DNA of 64,000 nucleotides from Amoebophrya sp. A120. Lineage: Eukaryota > Protista > Dinoflagellata. A program made the position numbers and the translations under genes. Of the stretch, positions 1-10,500 are shown in pieces. The stretch covers positions 1,625,102 to 1,689,101 of the forward strand of contig CAJINV010000016.1 in NCBI GenBank assembly GCA_905178155.1, read 5' to 3'. The notes below the pieces were generated by a model. The model worked only from the letters and a program-made list of their open reading frames with translations. It had not been told where the DNA came from and made no database searches. Each line of letters begins with the position of its first letter. Within the stretch, counting starts at the first letter, position 1.

Positions 1-2486
1 CGGGGTCAAGACAATGGATTCGGGGATGTACGACCTCCAGGACTTGGATCAAAAGAAAACAAACACCCATGATCCATTTTTTGCATGACAAACACATGCA
101 CAGGCGTCGATACATGTTTTAATAGATGACAAATTGCTACATTGGAACAATGGGTCTTTTTTTCTTCTAAACCATAACTCGAACACAGACGTGGACATTC
201 CAGATCCGAAGGTGAAAACGTGGTCCCGTCCCCGACTGCGCTTGAAATACGGTAGTTTGTCCACCAAATCGATGTAGATTTGGTCAATCTCTTCCATCTT
301 CCAAATGTTCCCCTCCAGCATGCAGATCGCGTAACCCGGCACGTAGAAAAAATCCGCTTCGTCCGGATCTAACGTTCGGAAAGAGGAGGCGCGGAAAAAG
401 TCGTGGATCTGCGTCTCCATGCCCCACTGCCCCCGGCCGCAAAACATCGCCCCGATGGTAAGCTTTTTCAGCTCCGGAACTTCTTCCTCGTCGTACACGT
501 AGACTTTGATTTTGTCGTGGAAGCTGTGTTGCAGCGTCTCGTCTTGCTGCGCAAGCAGGCTGGAATAGTGGTTGGGAAGTCTTGGTAATGTGTGTTGATC
601 TACTCAAGTTGTAGTGTTGTCGTTCTCGTTCTCGATCCAAAATTTTTTTCATGCGTTTTTACGTATCAACAGCTTCAGCGCAACATGAACATTGTAAGAG
701 GCTGCACGATTAATCGACCCCCTTTTCGATACCGAAAAGGGGGGTAGAAGCGGGAATCTGACCGAGTTTACCCCCCCACGCCCCCCTTTTCGAAATTCGG
801 GGGCTGTTTATCGCGAAGCCTATCGCGAGTCTGAATCCCGGCGGCACGGCGCGTATCATCCCTTTCGCCGCTTTGTTTTTGCAAAAGCGCAGCGGCAGCC
901 ACATGCGGCACCCAGCTTCGCTGGATTGCAAGGCGCGCTACAGTGCGCAAAGTACACATCGCCGACGCTATGGAGCGAGTTCTCGTTTGTTGTTTTTCTT
1001 TTCGGAAAAAAAAGCGCAAGGGAAGCAAAGCGTAAGCGACGCGCTTTCTGCTTCTCAAAATAAAGCCGGCTCCCGATATCCCAAAACAAAGGGGGCGGCT
1101 TTCTTTCACAGAGCCCACCAGCAGCACAGCTGCCCAGGAGTAAATCATCTCCAACTTGATAGCAGTCCCAGCTGGTTGCAGACGTAGGCCGTCGACCTAC
1201 TGCGCAGAAAAAGAGCTGCTTCGCAGTAGCTTGGGCGCAGTTTGTAGAGGTAGACCAACTGCGGAGCAGCTCTACTGCTAAAAAACGGAGACGGTTCGCA
1301 ATGCGTCATGGCGAAGCTTCTTCGCCTGCGCACAAAGACAGGGCTTTCACAATTGCACAAAAACAGGGCTGCCACACAATAGACCACCAGGGGGGAGGTA
1401 CTTGTGACGCAGCATTGCACAGCCAGCCTCGGGATGTTGCAGCGACCACCTCAGCACTTCCTGCATTTGGAAAAGCTGAGGCGGCCACTTCGACCACTGG
1501 GGCGGCACGTTCTCCGCTGCATGTTCTCCGCTGCGCGCACGTAGCAGCGCGCGCCGCGAGCTTAGCTTTTTTTCAGTCTGCGCGCGCGCATTGCACGCTT
1601 GAAGCGTTTTCTGTTGTTGCACCCGTATGCCGATCCGCGCGCGCGCGCCGCGCGCGCCCAAGAAAATTCTGCTGTTGTGTTTCATTTTGTTCCAGCCACA
1701 CCGCAGAAACCGCAGCAGAAGAGAGACGCGCTGGGAAGCCGCAATAAGAAAACGAAACTTTTTTGCCGGGGCGGGGAAATTGCGGATTTAGATTTGAGGT
1801 CCGAGAAGGAAAATTGGTTGGGTCCGGAGGGACCCGGCCATGTCTGGATACGGCCCGCCCGCCAGACGACCGACCGCACCTACCCCCCCCTTTTCGGTAT
1901 CGAAAAGGGGGCCCATTAATCGTACGGCCTCTAAATGATGTAATGCCAGAAAATAAAGACCACTATACCGATAGGTGTCGAGTAAATTCTGTCTTAGCCT
2001 CCGGATGTCCTCGTCCATGATGGGCCACTTTGAGTTATCCAACAACCCCGGGTGCACGGCCGACAGGTAATTTTCCAGAACGCTGTACTGCGAGATCGCT
2101 TGCTGCAATCCGCGGAAGTCGGTGTCTTCCGTCACGCGGCCCTGGTCTTTCACCGAGTCCAGCGTCCACCGGCACGTGTAGTAGAACAGCGTGGAGAGCC
2201 CCATCACACATCGCTGCGCCTCCTGGTCGAGCACGTGGGAGATCCGAAATTGCTGAAACAGGGGTATGACAAGCTCGATGTTCAACGGGTAGGGGATCCG
2301 GCTCATCTGCTCACGGAAATCGAGCCAGTTGATGTGCTCGCTGACCGCATTGTCGCAGTTCGGCGAGCCCCAGAGCTGCCGTTTCTCCTCGGCCGAGGGG
2401 TCGAGAATGGCCTGCGTGAGCGTTGTCAGGAGTGCGTGGAAGAGAAGAAGGAGAAGGTTGAGGGTCGTGGTCGTCTCTGCGTTCAT
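1..2486 (-). CDS. Exostosin-family (GT47) glycosyltransferase with N-terminal signal/anchor; 3' end runs off the window
   Basis: Hydrophobic N-terminus (MNAETTTTLNLLLLLFHALLTTLTQA). Putative GT-AG intron 581-1968. GT47 motifs KIKVYVYD, FRTLDPDEADFFYVP and LPYFKRSRGRDHVFTF; after the 47-176 element the frame continues SWRSYIPESIVLTP. Joining of exon 1 to the GT47 exon is inferred. Confidence 0.8.
47..176. mobile_element. Degenerate IR/DR introner in the GT47 gene
   Basis: Imperfect terminal IR; DR ACTTG/ACTCG; removal of element plus 5 nt gives ...SVFESWRSY in frame. Confidence 0.65.
698..1931. mobile_element. Non-autonomous DNA transposon (MITE), PIF/Harbinger-like, in a putative intron
   Basis: About 50-bp imperfect TIRs (GAGGCTGCACGATTAATCGACCCCCTTTTCGATACCGAAAAGGGGGG vs GAGGCCGTACGATTAATGGGCCCCCTTTTCGATACCGAAAAGGGGGG on the opposite strand); TAA at 695-697 and 1932-1934; no transposase ORF. 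Confidence 0.85.
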
Positions 2487-3072
2487 CTTTTTGAGGCAGT
2501 GTGCTGGGTGCTTCTGCTGTTTTCGACGGCGACGGGTCCATTTCGGATGGAGGAGAGAGCAGAACGCAAAAGGTGAACGACGGGAAAACGATTTCATTTT
2601 GTTGGCCTCAGTACGAGTCGTCACATGACGATGACCACTGTTTGGCTTGGCCTACTTCCATCTCTATTTATTGCCGCTGCGGCGCACCAGCTACGCCTAG
2701 GGCCGCGCGCACCTTAAGAATTTGGCAAGCAGATGAGCGGGATCGAAAAAGAAAAACTAAAACTGCAATCACTGTCTCATAGAACATCAAGGATGCAACA
2801 AAAACAACGATGATGAAGGTGATCAATCTACTACTCGCGTGCGGTTCCTGATGCTTGTGGAAGGCGAATGGGACGAGCTCCCACCCGTTCATTGGAACTT
2901 GAATCTTCAACACTGTTTACAACACCACCCGCAGGAAATAACAAGCGAGTACCAGGGCGGAGCAGTAAATACTATATTGTTCTTGCGAATCCATTCATTG
3001 CTCAATGTAGACCTAAAAACACTTTATCGACCGGTTTGCGCGACGAGCCGAGCGTGCCTTCTAGACAGAGTA

Positions 3073-6000
3073 CTACAGACTGACACCACCGCCCGCACCA
3101 CTCGTTCCCCCATAGACGCTCGGCACCACGCCGCCTCCGCCCCCCGGGTCGACCTGCTTTACGGAGACATACCTAAAATCCTCGCGCCAGAAGGATCCAA
3201 AGCCGAACCCTCGACTACTTCGCTGGTTCTGTATTCTACTTGATGATGTTCTTGTTCCCGTGCCGCCGAACAAGTTAAATTCTTGCTCGTCTTCCTGCTC
3301 ACTGAAACCATCAATTACACTTCCATCATCCATGATTCCAAACTCCGCCTCTTCCTTACTCCGGTTCCTGCTCACCCTCCCCGAGCCGAGAGACGCAACA
3401 GAAGTTTTGCTGCGGGTTTTTCTGTTCGAGAATGACCCGAACGCGGCTCCACTTCCTGTTGCCCGCTGCGCCTGTTTTCTCACCGCACTGTAGAGCCGCT
3501 CCACCCGTGTGGTTGTTGTATTCTTTCCACCTCCGCCTGTGGTAGTTACCGAACAGAAGCTGTGCTGCGTCGCCTCAGTCTTCAACAGAACGCCGAAGGT
3601 GATTAACAGCAAGACTAGCAAACAGCCAAAACTGATGCTGAACCAGTAGAGCGATGATTCCATCGCAGAAATGTGCGCCAGGTTCTTGCACTCGTGCAGG
3701 GAAATCAGGGGAACTTTATAGTAGTTTTGTTGTGGCATATTAATCTTGTTCCGACGATGGTCTTGATCTTGACCTTCTCCGCCTGGTGCTGAGGAATCAA
3801 AGCGCCCGGGCCGCGGTGGAAGGTGGCTATTTGTGATCTGCTGGATAAATTGGCTTGCTATTCTCGCCACCGGTTGCCCAACTTCGGCGTCGAAGACCAA
3901 AATGTCAGACTCCGAAGATTCCCCCGAAGCGCCTCCTGTGTTCGACGTCCCGGAAGAAGATGAAGAAGACCCAACAGCTTCCGAAGACGCAGATGTTGAC
4001 ACACCAGCAACGGCGCTCGCTGCGGAAGAAGCTACAGATCCAACCCAGGACGATGTAGATGTTGAGTCACTACCTGAATTCCGCTCGTCCTCTTCGTCGT
4101 CCTGTGTCACCGTCAGTACTAGCCGTTCCACCGTCTGCTCCTCGATTACCTGTTGGTTCGAGCCAACACCGTTCTTCGAGATGCTGTTTTCGGCCAAGAA
4201 ATCACTGTTTATCAACACCGGCTTCTCAACCACCGTCCATTTCAACTTCGCGAAGATCTCCGCGGCCATCGCATCCGTGGATTGCTGCGCGGAAGAGGTA
4301 CTAGCTTCTGTTTGGTCGTAGCTCGTCGTCCCGGCCTCCCCATAATTCATCTGCTGCGAACTAGAGTAGAAACTAGTACCTTGGCCCCCGCCCCCGCCGT
4401 CATTCGCCACCACAGCCGCAAGTTTCGAACTGTCTTGCTGAAGTTCTGGCAACACAAATTTCGGCGGTCCCAAGCCGAGCTTCTGCCACGTCCGGTAGGT
4501 CGCAATGATGTCATTCGTGAGTTTTTGCTTCAAGGAGACCACGCCATTCGCTAGACTTAACAGATTGAACTGCAGCTGGCTATTCTCATCTTCACTGCTC
4601 CTGTACGCGCCGCGTGGCTGCAGGTCGAAGCCTTGCTGGGTCCAGAGCTGGAGAATTTGTGGGTGCTCGAGGAGAAAAACCGGATACACGAAGAGGGTAG
4701 CGCGAAGTTTGCTTCGTCTGATAAATGACGAGGAAGACCTCGTGCTGCTCTGCAAATTCTTCTTTTTCAGCTCCTCTTGAGAGAAAACTGCATATGATCT
4801 TGATTGATGGGCCCCCGCAGTAGTGCTAGGTTTCTCTAACTTGTTTGCAGTGGAGGCGGAGGCTGGAGAAACACCAGTTGCTCCTCCATCGGCGGCGCGG
4901 CTTGGGCTTCTGGTTCTGGTGTAGTTCTCCTTCTCGTCCTCAAAATTGTCCATACTGTACACCATCAACTGCACGAGCACGCCGGTGAGCCGTAAATTGT
5001 TTTGCACATTCATCCCTAATTTCGCCGTTATAGCGATGTGGCTGCGAGGAGCACTGCTGCTGCCGCTGTCTCCATCAATATTGCCCGAAGTAGAGCCGGC
5101 ACTTACGCCAAAACACTTCCGCAGCTGTGCCTTGGGGAAAAAAGTGTTTAATTTGGCCGCGACAGCATTCGACGCGGAGGTGGTGGCGGAGGAAATAACG
5201 GCGTTGGGTTGGTGAGCAGCTCCTCCACCTGTACGCCCACTTGCGATCGCGGTTGCTGTACTACCAGAGCCGAATCTCTGCACCTCCTCTACAGCCAAAG
5301 CCAAGGCGTCCTGAAACGAATCTGGGCTCCAGGAAAGCAGCGGTACGCTTGTTTGGAGGATTTTCAGGATCAGCTCTGCCTTCTCCGAGGTGTCGAGTGG
5401 TTGAAGGGGCGGAGACGAAGCAGCAGAAAAGCTGCGATGTTGTGCACTAGCTGTATCTTGCTGCGATGAAGTACTATCAGTCGCAGAAGATTTCTTTAGA
5501 TTTCGTGCGTTGCCGCTGTCTTTAGCAGCACCTGTGCCCGCCTTCTTCTTCTTTTTTGTCGCCCCCAGCTTTCCGAACACTATAGCATCACGCATGTAGA
5601 CCTTATCTATGATTCTGGTCCCCTCGTCAAAAAGTCCCGCTTGAAGCAAGTGCCGGAGGAGAAAGTAGCTCGCGTCACGGGCCGGTATGCGCGGACTCGG
5701 GTCACGCAGTGGCTCCGCAGCCATTGTTGCAGCAGATGACCCAGCTGTCACCTCGACGGCGGGCCCACCGTCAGAGGACTGCGACTGGGATGAGCCTGCT
5801 GGCGCTCCGGCTTGCTCAGCGGCGCTCGTTGCCCGTACAACTGACCCACTTTCACTTTTCGCTCTGGAACCACTTGAAGTAGATACAGCTGTCGTCAAAC
5901 TATGACTACCTTGAATCAGCACCACAACGTGGTCCCTATCTTTCGAAAACCTCGCTGAGAAGAAATTCGCAACCCTTGCCAAATCCGATTCGCGCGTCAA

Positions 6001-6666
6001 GCACAGTTTCTGGACGCCTTTGTCAGGAGGAAGGGGATGAAGATCTGCATCTGGTTCGGCTTCGGCGTGTCGAGGACGATGTGTGGTCTCCTCTAGTTCG
6101 AGTTCCCGATCGCGTGCGCGCCTACTTCCTGGCGGTCCCATTCCCACGACTTGATTGAAATTCGCATCACAAGTTGCTATCCTTACCACGTTGTACGTTT
6201 CTCCGTCAGGGTACAGCTCCCGGAAGAGCCGAACAGGATCCCTCGCCAAACTGTTCAATTTTCCACTGCCAGACCCAGCTGCAGACGAACGGGCAGGGGA
6301 GGACCTTCCAGTCGCCCCACCATCTACATCTGCGGCTCCACCGCCAGCGCCTGTAGATCTTGTTGCGCCGATGATAACAAATGTTTTTCGTTGCTGCGCG
6401 GGGCCAAGGTCTTCCATACTAGGGAGGGCGGATATTAATCCTGGGGTCTTTATCTTCTCCAAATGGACTTGAGTTGGAAGAACGAGAGCAGATGAAGATC
6501 CGGTTGTTGTACCACGGTCGCTACTCTCACTTGGCGCCGCGCTGTTCTCGGCGTGGTCGCAGAGCTCCCCCTCCAAATGCGTCCAATACACTGTGGTCAC
6601 AAGCACGCCAAGGGATGCGAAAAAGATGCCCACGGCTAAGCCACGGAGAAGCAAGAGACTCGTCAT
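3073..6666 (-). CDS. 1197-aa membrane protein with degenerate FkbM-like methyltransferase and polysaccharide-deacetylase (CE4/NodB)-like domains
   Basis: Single long ORF with N- and C-terminal TM helices. Ordered NodB-like blocks: HIAITAKLG, KLRATLFV, EHPQILQLWTQQGFDL, PPKFVLP, DILVFD, YKVPLISLHECK. FkbM-like blocks: KTFVIIGA, DHVVVLIQG, LLRHLLQAGLF..IIDKVYM. Domain calls made by eye. Confidence 0.6.
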   Translation of the reverse strand: MTSLLLLRGLAVGIFFASLGVLVTTVYWTHLEGELCDHAENSAAPSESSDRGTTTGSSSALVLPTQVHLEKIKTPGLISALPSMEDLGPAQQRKTFVIIGATRSTGAGGGAADVDGGATGRSSPARSSAAGSGSGKLNSLARDPVRLFRELYPDGETYNVVRIATCDANFNQVVGMGPPGSRRARDRELELEETTHRPRHAEAEPDADLHPLPPDKGVQKLCLTRESDLARVANFFSARFSKDRDHVVVLIQGSHSLTTAVSTSSGSRAKSESGSVVRATSAAEQAGAPAGSSQSQSSDGGPAVEVTAGSSAATMAAEPLRDPSPRIPARDASYFLLRHLLQAGLFDEGTRIIDKVYMRDAIVFGKLGATKKKKKAGTGAAKDSGNARNLKKSSATDSTSSQQDTASAQHRSFSAASSPPLQPLDTSEKAELILKILQTSVPLLSWSPDSFQDALALAVEEVQRFGSGSTATAIASGRTGGGAAHQPNAVISSATTSASNAVAAKLNTFFPKAQLRKCFGVSAGSTSGNIDGDSGSSSAPRSHIAITAKLGMNVQNNLRLTGVLVQLMVYSMDNFEDEKENYTRTRSPSRAADGGATGVSPASASTANKLEKPSTTAGAHQSRSYAVFSQEELKKKNLQSSTRSSSSFIRRSKLRATLFVYPVFLLEHPQILQLWTQQGFDLQPRGAYRSSEDENSQLQFNLLSLANGVVSLKQKLTNDIIATYRTWQKLGLGPPKFVLPELQQDSSKLAAVVANDGGGGGQGTSFYSSSQQMNYGEAGTTSYDQTEASTSSAQQSTDAMAAEIFAKLKWTVVEKPVLINSDFLAENSISKNGVGSNQQVIEEQTVERLVLTVTQDDEEDERNSGSDSTSTSSWVGSVASSAASAVAGVSTSASSEAVGSSSSSSGTSNTGGASGESSESDILVFDAEVGQPVARIASQFIQQITNSHLPPRPGRFDSSAPGGEGQDQDHRRNKINMPQQNYYKVPLISLHECKNLAHISAMESSLYWFSISFGCLLVLLLITFGVLLKTEATQHSFCSVTTTGGGGKNTTTTRVERLYSAVRKQAQRATGSGAAFGSFSNRKTRSKTSVASLGSGRVSRNRSKEEAEFGIMDDGSVIDGFSEQEDEQEFNLFGGTGTRTSSSRIQNQRSSRGFGFGSFWREDFRYVSVKQVDPGGGGGVVPSVYGGTSGAGGGVSL

Positions 6667-7564
6667 GATCCCTAAAAGTACTGTCGACCAGTGAACACGT
6701 CGACGCGAATCGAAAAAGAACTCTGAAGCGTGTTCATCTTCTATCTAGTGGCTTCGTCATGTAAGTATGCCCTCTTGAAGCTCTGTGGCGGATCATTTTA
6801 GTATATCTTGATCTTGATCTGACACGATGAAGCAGTGCTGGATGTCGTGATCTCTTGCGTTGACGTGGTCGTGCAGCACGAGCAAAAAAAGCCTTGAGAA
6901 TGGTAAACGTAAACATAAACGACCACAACCAGAATGACATTCCGTGGCAGATTCCAACAAGGCGATGGATCTTGTTCACTTTCATGATCAGATGCAGAAC
7001 GCATGCCACTTTGATGCACACTCATATTGCACAACGTCCGCTGAAATTCTTCCAAACAAACGATCCACTTCTAACTATTCCCTCATCGCGAAGAACAAGA
7101 CTCGTCTGGGGGCCCTCCATATAGTCGAAGAGGCACGAGCTACAACGAAAAGATTTGGGTGGGAAAGCAATCTGCTGGAATCGATCTGTCCCTTGTTGCC
7201 TGTTGGCAGCTAGCCTTCTCCTTCTCCGCTGTCAGAACCGCAACGGGTCCTGAACGACGAGCGCTGAAATATTACGGGTACGACAAAACACTAACACTTC
7301 TATAGCGTGGTCTTCTACTAGAAGAAGCTGCTTTAATTCTTGAGAGGGATAGAATGGGGAAACGGGAGATGAAGAGATCAAAAGAAAAGCTTGCTAGTGA
7401 AATAAAGATATTTGCAGCCTCGGCCTCCACAAACAGTACATTGAAAAAACTTTACTTAAAAACTGGAACTGTTGGTGGAAAATATTGCGAAACTGGGAAA
7501 ATAGAAAATGGTTGATCATGAGCGGACAGCGAGTCTCCTTAAAAGTAGATTCAAAGCCTATCAA

Positions 7565-10500
7565 TTAAGGATCCCCACCAGCACGATCGTTCTCCGGCCG
7601 CTCCGACGACGGTTCTTGTATTTTCAAAACTTTATCCCGCGTGTTCTGCTTTTTCAACTGCTTAATGGCCAACGTCTGCTGATGGTCGCCGCGCGCGGAT
7701 AAAGCGTTGACATTCAAAACCACGTCCTCGTCGTAAAAACTACCCCGATCGTGTTGTTGTTTTCTCGCAACATTTTCCGCAATACTCGCCATGTGGCTGA
7801 TGTCAGCAGCCACGTGCGTTCCGTCGTAATTATCCACACTGGCTTTGCTATTTGGGTAACCATTTTTCCTCTTTTGGTTTTTCCGCACACCAGCGATATC
7901 GATCGACGCGTCGGTGCTCGCGGTCGCCGCGCTGCTTTCATTCGTCCCTCGCTTTAACATCTTTTCGGCGCCAATCGTCATATTTTCCCCATCACCACCT
8001 TGGCTACTAGAGATTGCAAGAAAGTTCTCGAACCCCGAAACACTCAACCGATCACCCTTCATCTGCGTCTGCCCCGCGTCTGTTACAGACCCGGTGCCTG
8101 CTCGTGCAGCAGCACTAGAGCGGGCGGTGGAGTCCTCACCTTGCTTACTTCCGTTCTTCGAGAGTCCGTCCTCTCCTCTGCTACCTTTTCCTTTGTTGCT
8201 CTCGTTGATCCCCTTCCGAACGTGGTCTGGCAGGGAAACGTTCATCAACGCCCCGATTTCGCGCACTTCCTTCTTCCACAGTCTCCGCGCCGTTTTCTCG
8301 GACGCGGCTGTGGAATAAAACATTTCCCACATTTCGGTCTTGCAGTACGCGTAGACCATCATGTCTGTCATCGCGACCGCCGTTTGCGTCTTCTTCACTA
8401 TAAAATCGCAAGTCAGCGAGAAAAAGTGCTGGACGGTCAGGTTAGCGAGGATCGCAGAGAGGTCTAGCCGATCTTCCATTGTTCGCTTGATGTAGTACAA
8501 GGAAAACGCGATCAGCGCGATTAGAATGAGCGTCTGCACGAGGTATTCTACCCAAACGACTTTGTACCCCTGCCATCTGCTCTCTTGGTCGTCGCCCTTT
8601 TTATCAGAGCGCATCGTCTTCAAGAACCTGCCTGCTGTCGCAAACGTCGCGCCGATCCAGGACAGAATCAGTAACAAAATCAGCGTCAGCACCCAATCTC
8701 CCCCCATCGTGGCCTGCTGGACCAAAGCGAGGGCGCAGCCGTAGAGGGTGATGGTTAGTATTAAAACACACAGCATCAACACATATCCCCCGTGCTGCGA
8801 CCCTGGGAAGAGCGCTTTTTGGTTCAGCAACGCCTCCGCGAAACCGTTCGCCAATGGGACAGCGATGGGCAGCAAGGAGAGGAACGTGGTCCCGGCCACC
8901 GCCAGGCTGAGCGAAGACGTGATCGCGGTTTCGGTCTGGGCTAGGGACCAAAGGGCCGCAGACTTCATCCGCCGGATATCTTTCTGGGCACTGTGGAAGT
9001 CCTCCTCCAAATTCCGAATCGCCTGCTCTCTCTCCCGTTGCGCAAATTCCGCGTACGCGGCCAGCTTTTCTTCCAGGGTTAAAAACTGTGGATCGTGAAG
9101 ATCCGTCGTGTTGCTAGATGAAGCTGCTGCGCCATCTTCTTGCAGTTCACCAGTTGCGGACGAAGAGGGAAGTAGAACGTGGTTGGTGTTCTTCGTCGGA
9201 TTTACATTTGATCTACCTCCTGCAGTCGTGTCGCCGTGCAAAGTTGAGTGATCTTCGCGTTGATTTTCATTTTTGCCAGAATTTTGACTCACATAGTGAC
9301 CCACCTTGTTGCCCTCCTCTTTCGCTAGAGGTAGAGGCGTAGGCAGGTGGTCTCCTGCTGGATTAGTTGTTGATATTGTTGTTTCCTTATTTTCCATGCT
9401 TGTTCTTCCAGGGCTTGAACTAGTACCGCTTGCTGTTCCTTCGTCCTTGAAAAACACAACAACATTCGGGCTCGGGGCGGGTAGGCCAACGAAGGGCGTA
9501 TCAGCATCGTGAAGTAGTGAGGTTTTGTTTTGCTGTGGTCCTCCTCGGGAGGATGACGACTGGACCGGGAGCCCTTGTTGGAGCGGGTGGTCAGTCGAAA
9601 CACTGTTTTCAGCTGAAGAACCCAGTAGTCCACCAGAGGACAACGAGTCGGCAGTTACAGGTTCTGCAGGCTTTGCGTTCTGTTCCTGATCATGGTTCAT
9701 CTTTACGATGCTTCTGCTGTGCATCTGCAGCTCCTGTGTCTGCTTCTCCTTTATCTCACCCGGCAGCGATGGACTTTTGCTTGTCTTTGTCTGTTGGATT
9801 TTTCCACTGTTCTGTTGGTGTTCCAAAAAACCAAGACTCGCAGAGAAGTCCTGTCTCTTCGAGAGAAAAGATTTGGAAGAGGAAAGAATTTGGTTCTGTT
9901 CTTCCGCCTCAAGTCGCCCCGCGTGGTGGTTGTTTACGGCGCGAATCCACCGGAGAAGGTTTTTGTCTTGATCGCTAGAAGTAGTACCCGCAACATCTTC
10001 TGGGTTTTCATTTCCATTAGGAGCAGAACTCGGAGAAGTCGATGCAGGTCCTGTAGTGCCACCACCAAGTGATGTGGCTCCTTCTTCATCCATTCGCGTG
10101 GAGGAGGTCGTGGAACCAGCACCTGCGTCAACACTGCTATCGGCTACGCCACCAGGAGGTGGAGAAACTGCAGCCGCTACGGCTACGCCCGCGTTAGGCT
10201 GTTCATCTGGCGCACTATGCAAGGACAACGAAGATCCAAGAAGTCTATCCTCACTATCTTCCACCACATTTCCTAGCTCTGTAGTTGTCCTACCCTCTTC
10301 TACTGAAGATCCCGTAGCTGCAATAGTACTCGGCGTCGACAATTTTTTCGCCGTTGTCCTCTTTAGCTTCCTGCCCAAGGGCGAGTACAATTCTTGTGCG
10401 GAGGGGGGAAGGACCAATGACTCCGGGTTGTTGTGTTGTTCCGCGTTTAACAACCTGTCCACCCGTTCCACTTCCTTCTCAACCGCGAGAATCAACTCAT

